Assembly (NCBI GenBank): GCA_045106895.1
Contig: JBGCFM010000213.1
Span: 1 to 25,305 of the forward strand
Length of the DNA stretch: 25,305 nt
Direction: 5' to 3'
DNA from: Polyangiales bacterium
Lineage (GTDB): Bacteria > Myxococcota_A > Polyangia > Polyangiales > Houyiibacteriaceae
Each line of letters begins with the position of its first letter. The stretch's first letter is position 1. The notes beneath the pieces were generated by a model, which saw nothing but the letters and a program-made list of their open reading frames with translations, did not search any database and was not told the origin of the DNA. Shown here one piece after another: positions 1-8,633 of the stretch. The translations under genes were made by a program, and so were the position numbers.

Positions 1-129
1 GGTTGGCGGACGGTGTCGCTTTTGTGGTGGGAGTGGACGTGCGCAGAGTTTTTGAGCGCTTGGATCTGGCGGATGGCGCGCGGGCGGTGGTCGGTGGAAG
101 TCGGAGCACCGAAAATCGCTCCGCCTCCC

Positions 130-327
130 CTATCCTCAAAAGATCAACCCGCTCGCCGCCCGCCGCTCGCGCGCGCGCGCGCCGAAAATCAACCCGCTCG
201 CCGTCTCCCCGCGCGCGCCGTCTCCCCGCGCGCGGTCTCGCCGTCTCCCCGCGCTCTATCCTCAAAAAATCAACCCGCTCGCCGTCTCCCCGCGCTCGCC
301 GTCTCCCCGCGCGCCGTCTCCCCGCGC
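130..327. repeat. Modular GC-rich intergenic repeat array
   Basis: Six exact copies of GCCGTCTCCCCGCGC (200-214, 217-231, 240-254, 281-295, 298-312, 313-327). Three copies of ATCAACCCGCTCGCCG (143-158, 188-203, 269-284). CTATCCTCAAAA occurs twice (130, 256). Alternating CG run at 168-182. Confidence 0.9.
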
Positions 328-354
328 TTTAGCGAGGGCGACAAGGCGGGCCGG

Positions 355-627
355 CTAAGTAGCGTCGCTTGTGGGGTAGTAGGTGGCAGCGGAGTAGCAG
401 TCCGGTTCAAAGCTCACTTTCGCAACTCCCTCTTCGTCAATTTCAATTATCAAGCGGGCGAGTCCTAAGCGCATCCACCACACTCGTTCTTCAAGCTGCT
501 CCATATGCATCCACTGGTCGACTACGACCTCATCGATGACCCCCTCATTCTCGACCGCGAACCCGCTGCGCGTGAGGAGCCGCCACACTGAACCGGGGAG
601 TTTCTTTGCTGGGGGATCTTTGCTCAT
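355..627 (-). CDS. Small hypothetical protein (90 aa), Trp-rich and acidic
   Basis: ATG at 627 with AAGGAG Shine-Dalgarno (639-634) 6 nt upstream. Protein-like sequence (IDEVVVDQWMHMEQLEERVWWMRLG). Visibly lower GC than the flagellar genes. Confidence 0.7.
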   Translation of the reverse strand: MSKDPPAKKLPGSVWRLLTRSGFAVENEGVIDEVVVDQWMHMEQLEERVWWMRLGLARLIIEIDEEGVAKVSFEPDCYSAATYYPTSDAT

Positions 628-955
628 AGTTGACTCCTTTGAAGACTATGAGGTCCTCGCAGCGGATTCGACCGTTGGCCAGGCGTCGGTGAAATCACCC
701 CCACTCACCACACGACCTGGACCTTGCGCGGCGCGTAAAAAAACAGGCACCTCCCAAAGCCCCAGCCGCTCACGAACACCAAAAATGAGCCAACGAAGGC
801 TCATTGGTAGCCATGATTCGCATATATTGGCAAGGCCGCGCGTATCAATCCTGACATCAATTGTCCAGGTCTGGACCTTCCCTTCAACACTTTTGCACTT
901 CCGCTTCGCACGAACTTCACGTGGACACGAAAGCGCCAAACTTCACACTCGCGCC

Positions 956-2092
956 ATGAGATTCGCCCTTTTCTTCAGCTCCATCGTTCTCGCTTTGGCC
1001 TGCGGTGACGACGCCGGCCCCGTGGACTCGGGCAACGACGCCGCGGTCGTGGACTCCGGCCCTCGTCCGGACACGAACCCGACTCCCGACTCCGGACCTC
1101 GTCCCGACGCAGGCCCCCGCGACGCAGGCCGCGACGCCGGCCCTCGCGACGCTGGCCCCGACACCTCTGCGGACGCCGGCCCCGGGTTCTTGGACACGTA
1201 CCCTTTGATGGCCGTGCATCCCGAGGGCGGCACCTACGACGCGGAGAACCATCGCTTCTTCATGGGCTCCCTCGTCGGCGGCGAACTCCGGAGCGTCGAC
1301 GCGGAAACCGGCGAGGACACACTATTTTACACGCCGACGGACGAAGGCTCCTGGTGGACCCTCGGCATGGACGTCGACGAAACGCGAAACCGGCTCTGGG
1401 TCTGCGCCATGGATGACCTGCGAGAGACCGGCGGCGAGCCACCCTACGACGGCTACGTCTGGGTCTTCGACACAGAGAGCGGCGAGCGCGTGGCGAACAT
1501 CGATCTCTCCGTCGTGGACGTGGAGGCAAGCTGCACCGACGTCGCCGTTCACAGCGATGGCAGCGCCTACGTCACCGACCGCGACAAAGGCAATATCTAC
1601 CGGGTCACCGAAGATGGCGAGCCAGAGCTCTTCGTGAATGACTTCCTCCTCGAAGGGCTTCTGGGACAGAACGCGGCCGTCATCGACGAAGCGCGGCAGC
1701 TGCTCTTGGTCATCGTGTACTTGCCCTCGCGCCTGATCCGCGTGCCTCTCACCGGCACAGGGCGGGTTCGCGAGGTGAACCTCAACGGCGCCTTCAACGA
1801 CGCCTCACCGGCTCTCAGCGGCGCCGATGGAATGGTGATGACGCCGGACGGGAATCTCCTCGTCGCGTTTACGAGCCAAGTGACGCGGGTGGTGCCAGCG
1901 ACGTCGGATTGGATGAACGCCGACGCCACCACCGTCGAGGTCGTCCCAACGGCCGGCAACACCGACGTCATCGCTGCGGGCGCCGAAGTGTTCTTGCTCA
2001 ACGGACAGGCGGTTCGCTTCGCCGTCGAAGCCGAGCCCGACCCCTTCACGCTCACGCGTTTTGATGTCGCGCTCTTTGACGCCGACGAGTAG
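956..2092 (+). CDS. Lipoprotein with DAG-repeat linker and SMP-30/gluconolactonase/LRE-like beta-propeller domain (378 aa)
   Basis: Start moved from 536 to the ATG at 956, which gives a lipoprotein signal (MRFALFFSSIVLALA-C). Propeller-blade motifs follow the linker: HPEGGTYD, TLGMDVDE, CTDVAVHSDGSAYVTD, GADGMVMTPDGNLLV. Confidence 0.75.
   Translation: MRFALFFSSIVLALACGDDAGPVDSGNDAAVVDSGPRPDTNPTPDSGPRPDAGPRDAGRDAGPRDAGPDTSADAGPGFLDTYPLMAVHPEGGTYDAENHRFFMGSLVGGELRSVDAETGEDTLFYTPTDEGSWWTLGMDVDETRNRLWVCAMDDLRETGGEPPYDGYVWVFDTESGERVANIDLSVVDVEASCTDVAVHSDGSAYVTDRDKGNIYRVTEDGEPELFVNDFLLEGLLGQNAAVIDEARQLLLVIVYLPSRLIRVPLTGTGRVREVNLNGAFNDASPALSGADGMVMTPDGNLLVAFTSQVTRVVPATSDWMNADATTVEVVPTAGNTDVIAAGAEVFLLNGQAVRFAVEAEPDPFTLTRFDVALFDADE
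1009..1181 (+). repeat. Coding DSG/DAG-Pro-Arg low-complexity repeats in the lipoprotein linker
   Basis: DAGPVDSGNDAAVVDSGPRPDTNPTPDSGPRPDAGPRDAGRDAGPRDAGPDTSADAG; matching near-repeats in the DNA (gactccggNcctcgtccNgac twice). Confidence 0.8.
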
Positions 2093-2133
2093 GCCAGCAC
2101 CGCCGACCTACTTCGGACCAAGCGCGTGACGAA

Positions 2134-2913
2134 CTAGCGCGTGGTGCGTTCGAGCATCTGGTCGGCGGCCTCGATGACCTTCTGGTTCACTTCATACGCG
2201 CGCTGCGAAGTGATGAGGTCGATCATCTCCGTCACGACTTCCACGTTGCTGCCCTCCAAAAACCCCTGTGCGACGGTTCCAAGTCCGTCCTGGCCGGGTG
2301 AGCCTACGATGGGCTGACCGCTCGCGTTCGTGGGGACGAACATGCTTCGCCCGGTGTGTTCAAGACCGGGGGGGTTCGCGAAGCCAGCAAGCTGGAGCTG
2401 ACCTACCTCTTGGGCCGTGGTGTCTCCCGCCACGGTGACGCTGATGAGTCCGTCTGGGGAAATCGTCACGCCGGTGGCGTCCGTGGGGATGCTGATCTGC
2501 GGTTCGATTTGATAGCCGTCGATGGTCACGAGTTGCCCCTGGGCGTCAACCTTTAGATTGCCTGCACGCGTGTACGCCGTGTCGCCGGAGGGCCGCGTCA
2601 CCTGCAAGAATCCGTCGCCTTCGATGGCGAGGTCGAGGGGGTTTTCTGTGTGGTTCATGCTCCCCTGCGCGTGGATCGTCATGGTGCCGGCGGTGCGAAC
2701 ACCTTGGCCAACCTGAAGTCCCGTCGGCAGCGTCGCGCCGTCCCCGGTCTGACCGCCGGGAGAGCGAACCGTCTGATAGAGCAGGTCCTGGAACTCAGCA
2801 CGCGACCGACGAAAGCCCGTCGTGTTGACGTTGGCCATATTATTCGCGGTGATGTCGATGCGCCGTTGCTGCGCTTCCATACCGGTGGCTGCGGTGTTGA
2901 GGGACTTGAACAT
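2134..2913 (-). CDS. flgG: Flagellar basal-body distal rod protein FlgG
   Basis: ANNMANVNTTGF N-terminal motif, FQDLLYQ, GLQVGQGV, YTRAG, LEGSNVEVVTEMIDLITSQRAYEVN; 259 aa; follows flgF. Confidence 0.97.
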   Translation of the reverse strand: MFKSLNTAATGMEAQQRRIDITANNMANVNTTGFRRSRAEFQDLLYQTVRSPGGQTGDGATLPTGLQVGQGVRTAGTMTIHAQGSMNHTENPLDLAIEGDGFLQVTRPSGDTAYTRAGNLKVDAQGQLVTIDGYQIEPQISIPTDATGVTISPDGLISVTVAGDTTAQEVGQLQLAGFANPPGLEHTGRSMFVPTNASGQPIVGSPGQDGLGTVAQGFLEGSNVEVVTEMIDLITSQRAYEVNQKVIEAADQMLERTTR

Positions 2914-2973
2914 AGGAGACTCCGGGCTTCTGAGAATGGTGAGGAGAGGAAAGACGGTGGTTGGGGACGGGGG

Positions 2974-3720
2974 CTAGCTGCGCGTGGTGAGGTCGCGCGC
3001 CGTGCGCTGGTCCATCTGCTGGAAGGTGTCGATGATCTTCTGGAAGGCTTCAAAGCTCCGCGACACGGTGATGAGCTGGTTCATTCCGGCGACGGCGTTG
3101 ATGTTGGAACTCTCGAGGTAGCCTTGGAGAACGTTGGCTTCGGAGGCGGCGCCGGCTCCTTCCGCGACGAAACGTGTGTCGCCTTCTTTCGTCAGCGCGT
3201 CTTCTTCGAAGCTGCGAACAGCAAGCTGGCCGAGCTCGTTTCCGTCTGCGCTGATAGTCCCGTTGAGACCAATAGTGATCTCCGCGGCATCGACGGGAAC
3301 ACGCAGCTCCTGGGTGCTGCCGCCAGGTTCATCCTGCCATGCCAACACGGAGGCGCCGTCGGCGCTTCGCAGAATGCCCTCCTGGTCGACGCTAAACTGG
3401 CCCGCGCGGGTATAGCGCTCGCCGTTTGGCGTATCGATGGAAAACCAGCCGTCGCCTTCGATGGCGAGATCGAAGGTACCTCCCGTCTGACGTAGAGACC
3501 CGGCTTCGTCGCTGGCTTGTACCTGAGAGACGTTGACGAATCGCAGCGAATCAGGCGCAGCCTCTTCTTGGCCGCTGGCCTGGGACAGCGCCTCACGAAA
3601 CGCGACCCGGTCGCCGCGGAAACCGGTGGTGTTCGCGTTCGCGACATTGTTCGCTGTGACGTCGAGGGCGCGCTGCTGCGCAACAGCCCCGCTGACGGCG
3701 GCCCAGATTCCGTCGCTCAT
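2974..3720 (-). CDS. flgF: Flagellar basal-body rod protein FlgF
   Basis: ANNVANANTTGF, DLAIEGDGWF, YTRAGQF, LESSNINAV; 248 aa; directly upstream of flgG; ATGA overlap with the fliA stop. Confidence 0.93.
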   Translation of the reverse strand: MSDGIWAAVSGAVAQQRALDVTANNVANANTTGFRGDRVAFREALSQASGQEEAAPDSLRFVNVSQVQASDEAGSLRQTGGTFDLAIEGDGWFSIDTPNGERYTRAGQFSVDQEGILRSADGASVLAWQDEPGGSTQELRVPVDAAEITIGLNGTISADGNELGQLAVRSFEEDALTKEGDTRFVAEGAGAASEANVLQGYLESSNINAVAGMNQLITVSRSFEAFQKIIDTFQQMDQRTARDLTTRS

Positions 3721-4499
3721 GTTCTTGGGTTCCGCTCGGCTTGGACTTCGGAGCGCGAACGCTTCTTCGGCTGCACCCGAGCGATACCAAGGTGGGCGCG
3801 AATCCGCGCCGCGGCCTCACCGAGAATCTGGCAAACTCGTCCTTCGGTGACGTTCAGAATCCGTCCAATCTCCGCCTGGGTGCACTCCTCCTGGTAGTAG
3901 AGCGCCATCACCCGCTGGGTGCGTTCCGGGAGGTGCGTGATAGCGACAGCGACGAGGCGTCGCTTCTCATCATCGAGGAGGCGCGCGTCCGGCATTGGCG
4001 TCACGCCGGCCACCTCTTCCGGCGAGGTGTCCCCGACATGGCCGAGGGCCGGAGCGCGCGATAGGTCCGTCGTCAACTTGCGGTAAGCAGGGATATCCAT
4101 GCCGAGACGCTCAGCGACCATCGCCTCCGTAGGCGGCTGACCGTTCTCCTGCGTGAGTGCCGAGATCGCGCGGCTGACATCGCGCATCTTCTGTCGACCG
4201 TGACGCGTGACCGGGTCCATCGCACGAAGCTCGTCGAGCATGGCGCCTCGAATCCGGCGCTCGGCGTAGACTTCAAAACGTGCGTCACCAGTGGGCTCGT
4301 AGAGCGTGGCCGCGCGGAGCAGACCTTCGTTGCCGGCGCTGATGAGATCATCCACCTCCACGTTCGGCGGCAAGCGACGCGCCAAGCGAAACGCCAAACG
4401 GCGAACGATGGGCAGACCACGCTTCACGAGCTCCGCGTTGTAAGTTTTCTTTGTGCCTGGGTTCTGGCCGTAGGCGCCTGCGGGAGTTGCTACAAACAT
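3717..4499 (-). CDS. fliA: RNA polymerase sigma-28 factor (FliA/WhiG family)
   Basis: LPPNVEVDDLISAG, YAERRIRGAMLDELR (region 2), LYYQEECTQAEIGRILNVTEGRVCQI (region 4); flhF-flhG-fliA synteny. Confidence 0.95.
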   Translation of the reverse strand: MFVATPAGAYGQNPGTKKTYNAELVKRGLPIVRRLAFRLARRLPPNVEVDDLISAGNEGLLRAATLYEPTGDARFEVYAERRIRGAMLDELRAMDPVTRHGRQKMRDVSRAISALTQENGQPPTEAMVAERLGMDIPAYRKLTTDLSRAPALGHVGDTSPEEVAGVTPMPDARLLDDEKRRLVAVAITHLPERTQRVMALYYQEECTQAEIGRILNVTEGRVCQILGEAAARIRAHLGIARVQPKKRSRSEVQAERNPRT

Positions 4500-4500
4500 A

Positions 4501-5613
4501 CTAACTAACCTGTTTTGGGAGCGTGGGAGGGAGAACGCGACGAGCGATGGACTGGACAGCCCGTGCGGGTTGGCCCTTGGGCGTCCCGAGGACGTAGGGC
4601 AGACCGTTGGCGACGGCTTCGCGAACAGACGAGTGCATAGGAATGCAGCCGACGTATTCGACGTGAAGGGACATGAAGCGGCGGATGATTCGCTCGAGTC
4701 GTTCGAAGACCTCGAGCCCTTGCGCGTCGCTCGTGACCTGGTTGCAAACCACGTTCACACGGTCGACGCCACTTCGGCGGTGCAACACCTTCGCCATGGC
4801 GTATGCGTCGCGAAGCGAGGTTGGGTCCGGCGTCACGACGAGAAGAACTTCGTCCGCCGAAGCGGCAAACGAGACCGCGCTGCTGCCGATGCCAGCGCCC
4901 GTGTCCACGATGAGGACGTCATATTCTACGGCGAGTTCGTCGACGGCGGTCTGAAGACGGGCGCGCTCCGAATCGCTCATATTAGCCATGTCGTAACGAC
5001 CCGGGCACGCCGGTACGAGGTGGATATTCTCCGGTCCCTCGCAGAGCACCGCTTCGATTTCGACGTCGCCGCGTACAACGGCGCGCAAGTCATCGTGGGG
5101 CTTGATACCCAGCGCCAGGTCGAGACTCGCGAGGCCGACATCCGCGTCGAGCATGAGCACTCGGAGGCCGCGTTTGGCGAATGAGACACCAAGGTTCGCC
5201 GCGAACTGCGTCTTGCCAACGCCGCCCTTTCCGCTCGTCACGGCGAAGCTACGGCACGGGCCGCCGCCACCCTTTCGGCGAAAGCGCAGGACACGCTGTT
5301 CTTCTTCGCTTGGGCTGCGAACGAGGCGAAGACCTGCGGCTTGGTCGGAGCCCGAGGGCTGCGGCTGACGGTCCTCCGCGCGTGGTGGCGTCACGCGGTC
5401 CGCGACGACAGTCGGAGGCGTCCGCGCACCCTCTTCGAGCGGTGGCGCGATGGACGAGATCGTCGCCGGGCCCGTGTTGATGCGCATGCTGTTCAGCGTC
5501 GAACGCTCGCTCGGCTGAATCGTGCGAGACGCCACGCAGCTGCCCGCCAGGTAGTCTCCATCCGGAAACTCTCTCACTGGTCCAAATCCTAGACTCTGTT
5601 CACTGTCGATCAC
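4501..5613 (-). CDS. flhG: MinD-like ATPase FlhG/FleN, flagellar number regulator (370 aa from GTG 5613)
   Basis: Deviant Walker A SGKGGVGKT, LDADVGLA, DTGAGI, PDPTSLRDAYAMAK and the DQAAGLR FlhF-activator motif. GTG at 5613 overlaps the flhF stop (GTGA) and follows an AGGAGGT SD. Confidence 0.93.
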   Translation of the reverse strand: MIDSEQSLGFGPVREFPDGDYLAGSCVASRTIQPSERSTLNSMRINTGPATISSIAPPLEEGARTPPTVVADRVTPPRAEDRQPQPSGSDQAAGLRLVRSPSEEEQRVLRFRRKGGGGPCRSFAVTSGKGGVGKTQFAANLGVSFAKRGLRVLMLDADVGLASLDLALGIKPHDDLRAVVRGDVEIEAVLCEGPENIHLVPACPGRYDMANMSDSERARLQTAVDELAVEYDVLIVDTGAGIGSSAVSFAASADEVLLVVTPDPTSLRDAYAMAKVLHRRSGVDRVNVVCNQVTSDAQGLEVFERLERIIRRFMSLHVEYVGCIPMHSSVREAVANGLPYVLGTPKGQPARAVQSIARRVLPPTLPKQVS

Positions 5614-6572
5614 GCGCCCACCTCCTCTCCGCAAAGCCAGGCCGCGAGGCGAGTTGCGCTCGCGACTTCAATGTCCTCGGGCACGCGTTGGCCCGTGGTG
5701 AAATAACTAAATGGAAGACCCGTCAGCGAGTGCGCAGCAACGATGCCTCCGTGGTAGACGGCCTCGTCGGCCTTCGTCGTAATCAGGCGGCGCGGCGACA
5801 CGACGGCGTGTCGCTCGATGATGGCTCGCAGCTGTGCATCCTGCGTGCTCGCGGCGAGACACAAGTGCGTCTCGATAGGCTCATCCGCCTCCGCGAAGGT
5901 CGTCGCAAGTTCGCGCATCGCCACGATGTCTCCAGGCGCTCGCCCCGCGGTGTCGATGAGGATCAGGTCACAGTCCTGAAGGCGCTGAAGGCTCGTGCGG
6001 ATACTGCATGGGCTCGCCGCTTCCATCGGCACGCCAATGAGGTCGGCGTATCGCTGAAGCTGTTCGGCACCACCGATTCGGTAGTTATCGATGGAGATGA
6101 GACCGACCTTGCGTCGGTCGACGAGGGAGGCCTTGGCTGCGAGCTTTGCCACCGTCGTGGTCTTGCCGACGCCCGTGGGGCCGATAAGGGCCACGATGCG
6201 TGACGCGCTCGTGATGGGCCCAGCGAAGAGCATCTCCTGTCCGAGGACCACCGAGAGGCTGGGCTTTGCACCGTCGAGCGACGCGGGCACACGGCCAGCC
6301 TCCACGCGCATGCGCCGGATCAAGTCTCGCGCCACAAGCTCTGGGACGCCACGACGACAGAGGCGGGTCGCTAGTTGCGCTTCGTTGCTGCCGGCGACCT
6401 TGTTCTTTGGTACGTAGTTCGCGGGCGCCGCCGTGACCTCCACGTCGAGGCCCAGGTCTCCACCTTGCTGCGAACCGACGATCACGGCGTCCGGTCCAAG
6501 GGCGGCTTTCACGGCGGCCATCGCATCGGCGAACCGGCGAGCGCGGAAGGTGCGTGTCTGTCGGTTACTCAT
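5610..6572 (-). CDS. flhF: SRP-family GTPase FlhF
   Basis: N-terminal TFRARRFADAMAAVKAALGPDAVI, G1 GPTGVGKTTT, DNYRIGGAEQL, G3 DTAGR, G4 TKADE, TTGQRVPEDI. Confidence 0.95.
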   Translation of the reverse strand: MSNRQTRTFRARRFADAMAAVKAALGPDAVIVGSQQGGDLGLDVEVTAAPANYVPKNKVAGSNEAQLATRLCRRGVPELVARDLIRRMRVEAGRVPASLDGAKPSLSVVLGQEMLFAGPITSASRIVALIGPTGVGKTTTVAKLAAKASLVDRRKVGLISIDNYRIGGAEQLQRYADLIGVPMEAASPCSIRTSLQRLQDCDLILIDTAGRAPGDIVAMRELATTFAEADEPIETHLCLAASTQDAQLRAIIERHAVVSPRRLITTKADEAVYHGGIVAAHSLTGLPFSYFTTGQRVPEDIEVASATRLAAWLCGEEVGA

Positions 6573-6608
6573 GGCTGCCCTTTCGTGTGTTGGTGGAATG
6601 CATCGCGC

Positions 6609-8633
6609 TTAGCCGTGAACGAGCGCGAGAGTTTTGACGGTGGTCTTGGCGTCCATCTCGGAGAAGGACGCGACGGCGAGACCGGGGACACGCCGGCCAA
6701 AGAACTCGGAGACCGCCGGACGAATGTCCGAGGCGCACAAAACGAGTGGCGGGGTGCTGACGTTGGAGAAGGCGGCGGCTGCATTGTTCAATGAACTAAG
6801 CAAACGCTGGGCCACCGCCGGCCGGCTGCCGCCATCGCGGAAAAATGCCTCGCCCGCGGGGTCCAAAACGATGGCCGAAACGGAGCCGTCTTCGCCCTTG
6901 AAGCGGCCCGTGATGTGGCGAGCCATGCGACGACGAACGAGCTCGATGAGCATGTCCGTGTCCTTCGTGTCTCGTGCGTGATCCGCTAAGGCTTCGAGAA
7001 TACTACGAAGATCCCGAATCGAGACGCCCTCGAGGAGCAAGCCGCGGAGCACCTTGATGACTTCACCGAGGGGAAGCAGGTTGGGGATGAGCTCGTCCAC
7101 GAGGCGCGGTTCTTCTTCGGCGACGAGGTCGATGAGCTCTTGTGCTTCGGAGCGCCCGAGAACTTCGGGAGCGATGGCGCGGAGCATTTCCGTCAAATGT
7201 GTGGCGGCGACCGTCGCAGGATCGACGACTGTGTATCCAAGGGACTCGGCGCGGTCGCGGTTTCGCGTCGGAACCCACACAGCCGGTAGACCGAACGCAG
7301 GCTCCTGGACCTTCTCGCCCTCGATGGGTGTCAAAGAACCGGTCGGGTCCATGGCGAGGAGCTTTCCAACGCGTACCTTACCGCCGCCGACCTCGTTGCC
7401 CGCAAACATGAGACGGTAGGCGCTCGAGTCGAGGTGCAGGTTGTCGCGAATGCGGACGCTCGGCAGGATCATGCCGAGCTCCGTCGCGAGGTTGCGGCGA
7501 ATCGCGCCGATGCGAGACACCAAGTCGCCGCCCTTCGTCGCGTCGACGAGGGGGACAAGATCGAAGCCGACCTCAAGCTCGAGACGGTCGAGTGGCAACA
7601 TCTCGCGAATCTGCTCGCGGTCCGTGAGCGGCGCCGCCTTCTCTTCGCTGCCCGGGACGCCGTCCGCGGCTGCGCCCTCGGCGGGGATCTTCGCGGCGCG
7701 TCCTGCGTACGCGAGGCCAGCGGCGAGGAGCGCGAATGGAATAAGCGGCATGCCGGGCAAGAACCCAACCACACCGAGAATGCCCGAAGTGGCAAAGAGC
7801 GCGGCCCGGTTCTTACCGAGCTGCTCGACGAGGACAGGCCCAAGGGACTGCGCTGAGGCGGCGCGCGTGACGACAACGCCCGCCGCTGTGGATACAAGAA
7901 GCGCTGGAATTTGAGAGGCGAGGCCATCGCCCACGGTCAGGACCGTGTAAGTCCCGGCGGCGTCGGCGGCGCTCATGCCATGCTGCACAACGCCCACGAC
8001 AAAACCGACGGTCACGTTGACGCCGGTCATGAGGAGTCCGGCGATGGCGTCGCCACGGACGAACTTGCTCGCGCCGTCCATCGCGCCGAAGAAGTCCGCT
8101 TCGCGTTCGACTTCCTGCCGCCGCGCCTTGGCCTGGGCGTGCGTAAACGTTCCGTTCGCCAGGTCCGCATCGATGGACATCTGCTTGCCGGGCAACGCGT
8201 CCAAGGTGAAACGCGCGCTGACTTCCGCGACGCGGCCCGCGCCCTTCGTGATGACCACGAAGTTGATGATCACGAGGAGCAAGAAGATGGCGGCGCCAAC
8301 GACAGCGTTGCCACCCACCACAAACTCCCCAAAAGCGTTAACGATGCGCCCCGCCGCCTGGGTGCCATCGGCGCCACGCAGAAGAATCAGGCGCGTGGAC
8401 GCGACGTTCAGCGCCAAACGGAGGAGCGTCGTGAAGAGCAGGAGCGTCGGAAGCGCGCTCAAGTCGAGGGGCTTCTCGAGGTTGATGGACACCAGGAGCA
8501 ACGCCACGGAGATGGCGATGGAAGACGCGAGCAAGAGGTCGAGGGCCGCTGGTGGGAGCGGCACGATCATCAAGAGGACGATGCCCACCAGAAGAAAGGG
8601 GACAATGGTCGCGGCGCGACTCGCTTTGCTCAC
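6609..8633 (-). CDS. flhA: Flagellar export gate protein FlhA
   Basis: FHIPEP signature RVAEVSARFTLDALPGKQMSIDADL, FFGAMDGASKFVRGDA, VGDGLASQIPALL, EPAFGLPAVW; 674 aa; GTGA overlap with flhB. Confidence 0.98.
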   Translation of the reverse strand: MSKASRAATIVPFLLVGIVLLMIVPLPPAALDLLLASSIAISVALLLVSINLEKPLDLSALPTLLLFTTLLRLALNVASTRLILLRGADGTQAAGRIVNAFGEFVVGGNAVVGAAIFLLLVIINFVVITKGAGRVAEVSARFTLDALPGKQMSIDADLANGTFTHAQAKARRQEVEREADFFGAMDGASKFVRGDAIAGLLMTGVNVTVGFVVGVVQHGMSAADAAGTYTVLTVGDGLASQIPALLVSTAAGVVVTRAASAQSLGPVLVEQLGKNRAALFATSGILGVVGFLPGMPLIPFALLAAGLAYAGRAAKIPAEGAAADGVPGSEEKAAPLTDREQIREMLPLDRLELEVGFDLVPLVDATKGGDLVSRIGAIRRNLATELGMILPSVRIRDNLHLDSSAYRLMFAGNEVGGGKVRVGKLLAMDPTGSLTPIEGEKVQEPAFGLPAVWVPTRNRDRAESLGYTVVDPATVAATHLTEMLRAIAPEVLGRSEAQELIDLVAEEEPRLVDELIPNLLPLGEVIKVLRGLLLEGVSIRDLRSILEALADHARDTKDTDMLIELVRRRMARHITGRFKGEDGSVSAIVLDPAGEAFFRDGGSRPAVAQRLLSSLNNAAAAFSNVSTPPLVLCASDIRPAVSEFFGRRVPGLAVASFSEMDAKTTVKTLALVHG

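Noticed and set aside
130..327. CRISPR array
   Set aside because: Repeats are 12-16 nt and adjacent or separated by other repeat modules; there are no unique spacers of uniform length and no cas genes.
3..468. ORFs 3-332 and 13-468 (+)
   Set aside because: They are translations of the repeat array with TTG starts and Arg/Pro/Ala-rich products; 13-468 also overlaps the better-supported minus-strand gene.
646..939. Minus-strand ORF ending just upstream of the 90-aa gene (possible toxin remnant or partner)
   Set aside because: No clear SD, no recognisable motif and atypical codon usage; cannot be supported.
536..955. 140-aa N-terminal extension of the lipoprotein ORF
   Set aside because: It overlaps the 355-627 gene antisense and crosses an AT-rich intergenic-like region; the signal peptide begins at ATG 956.
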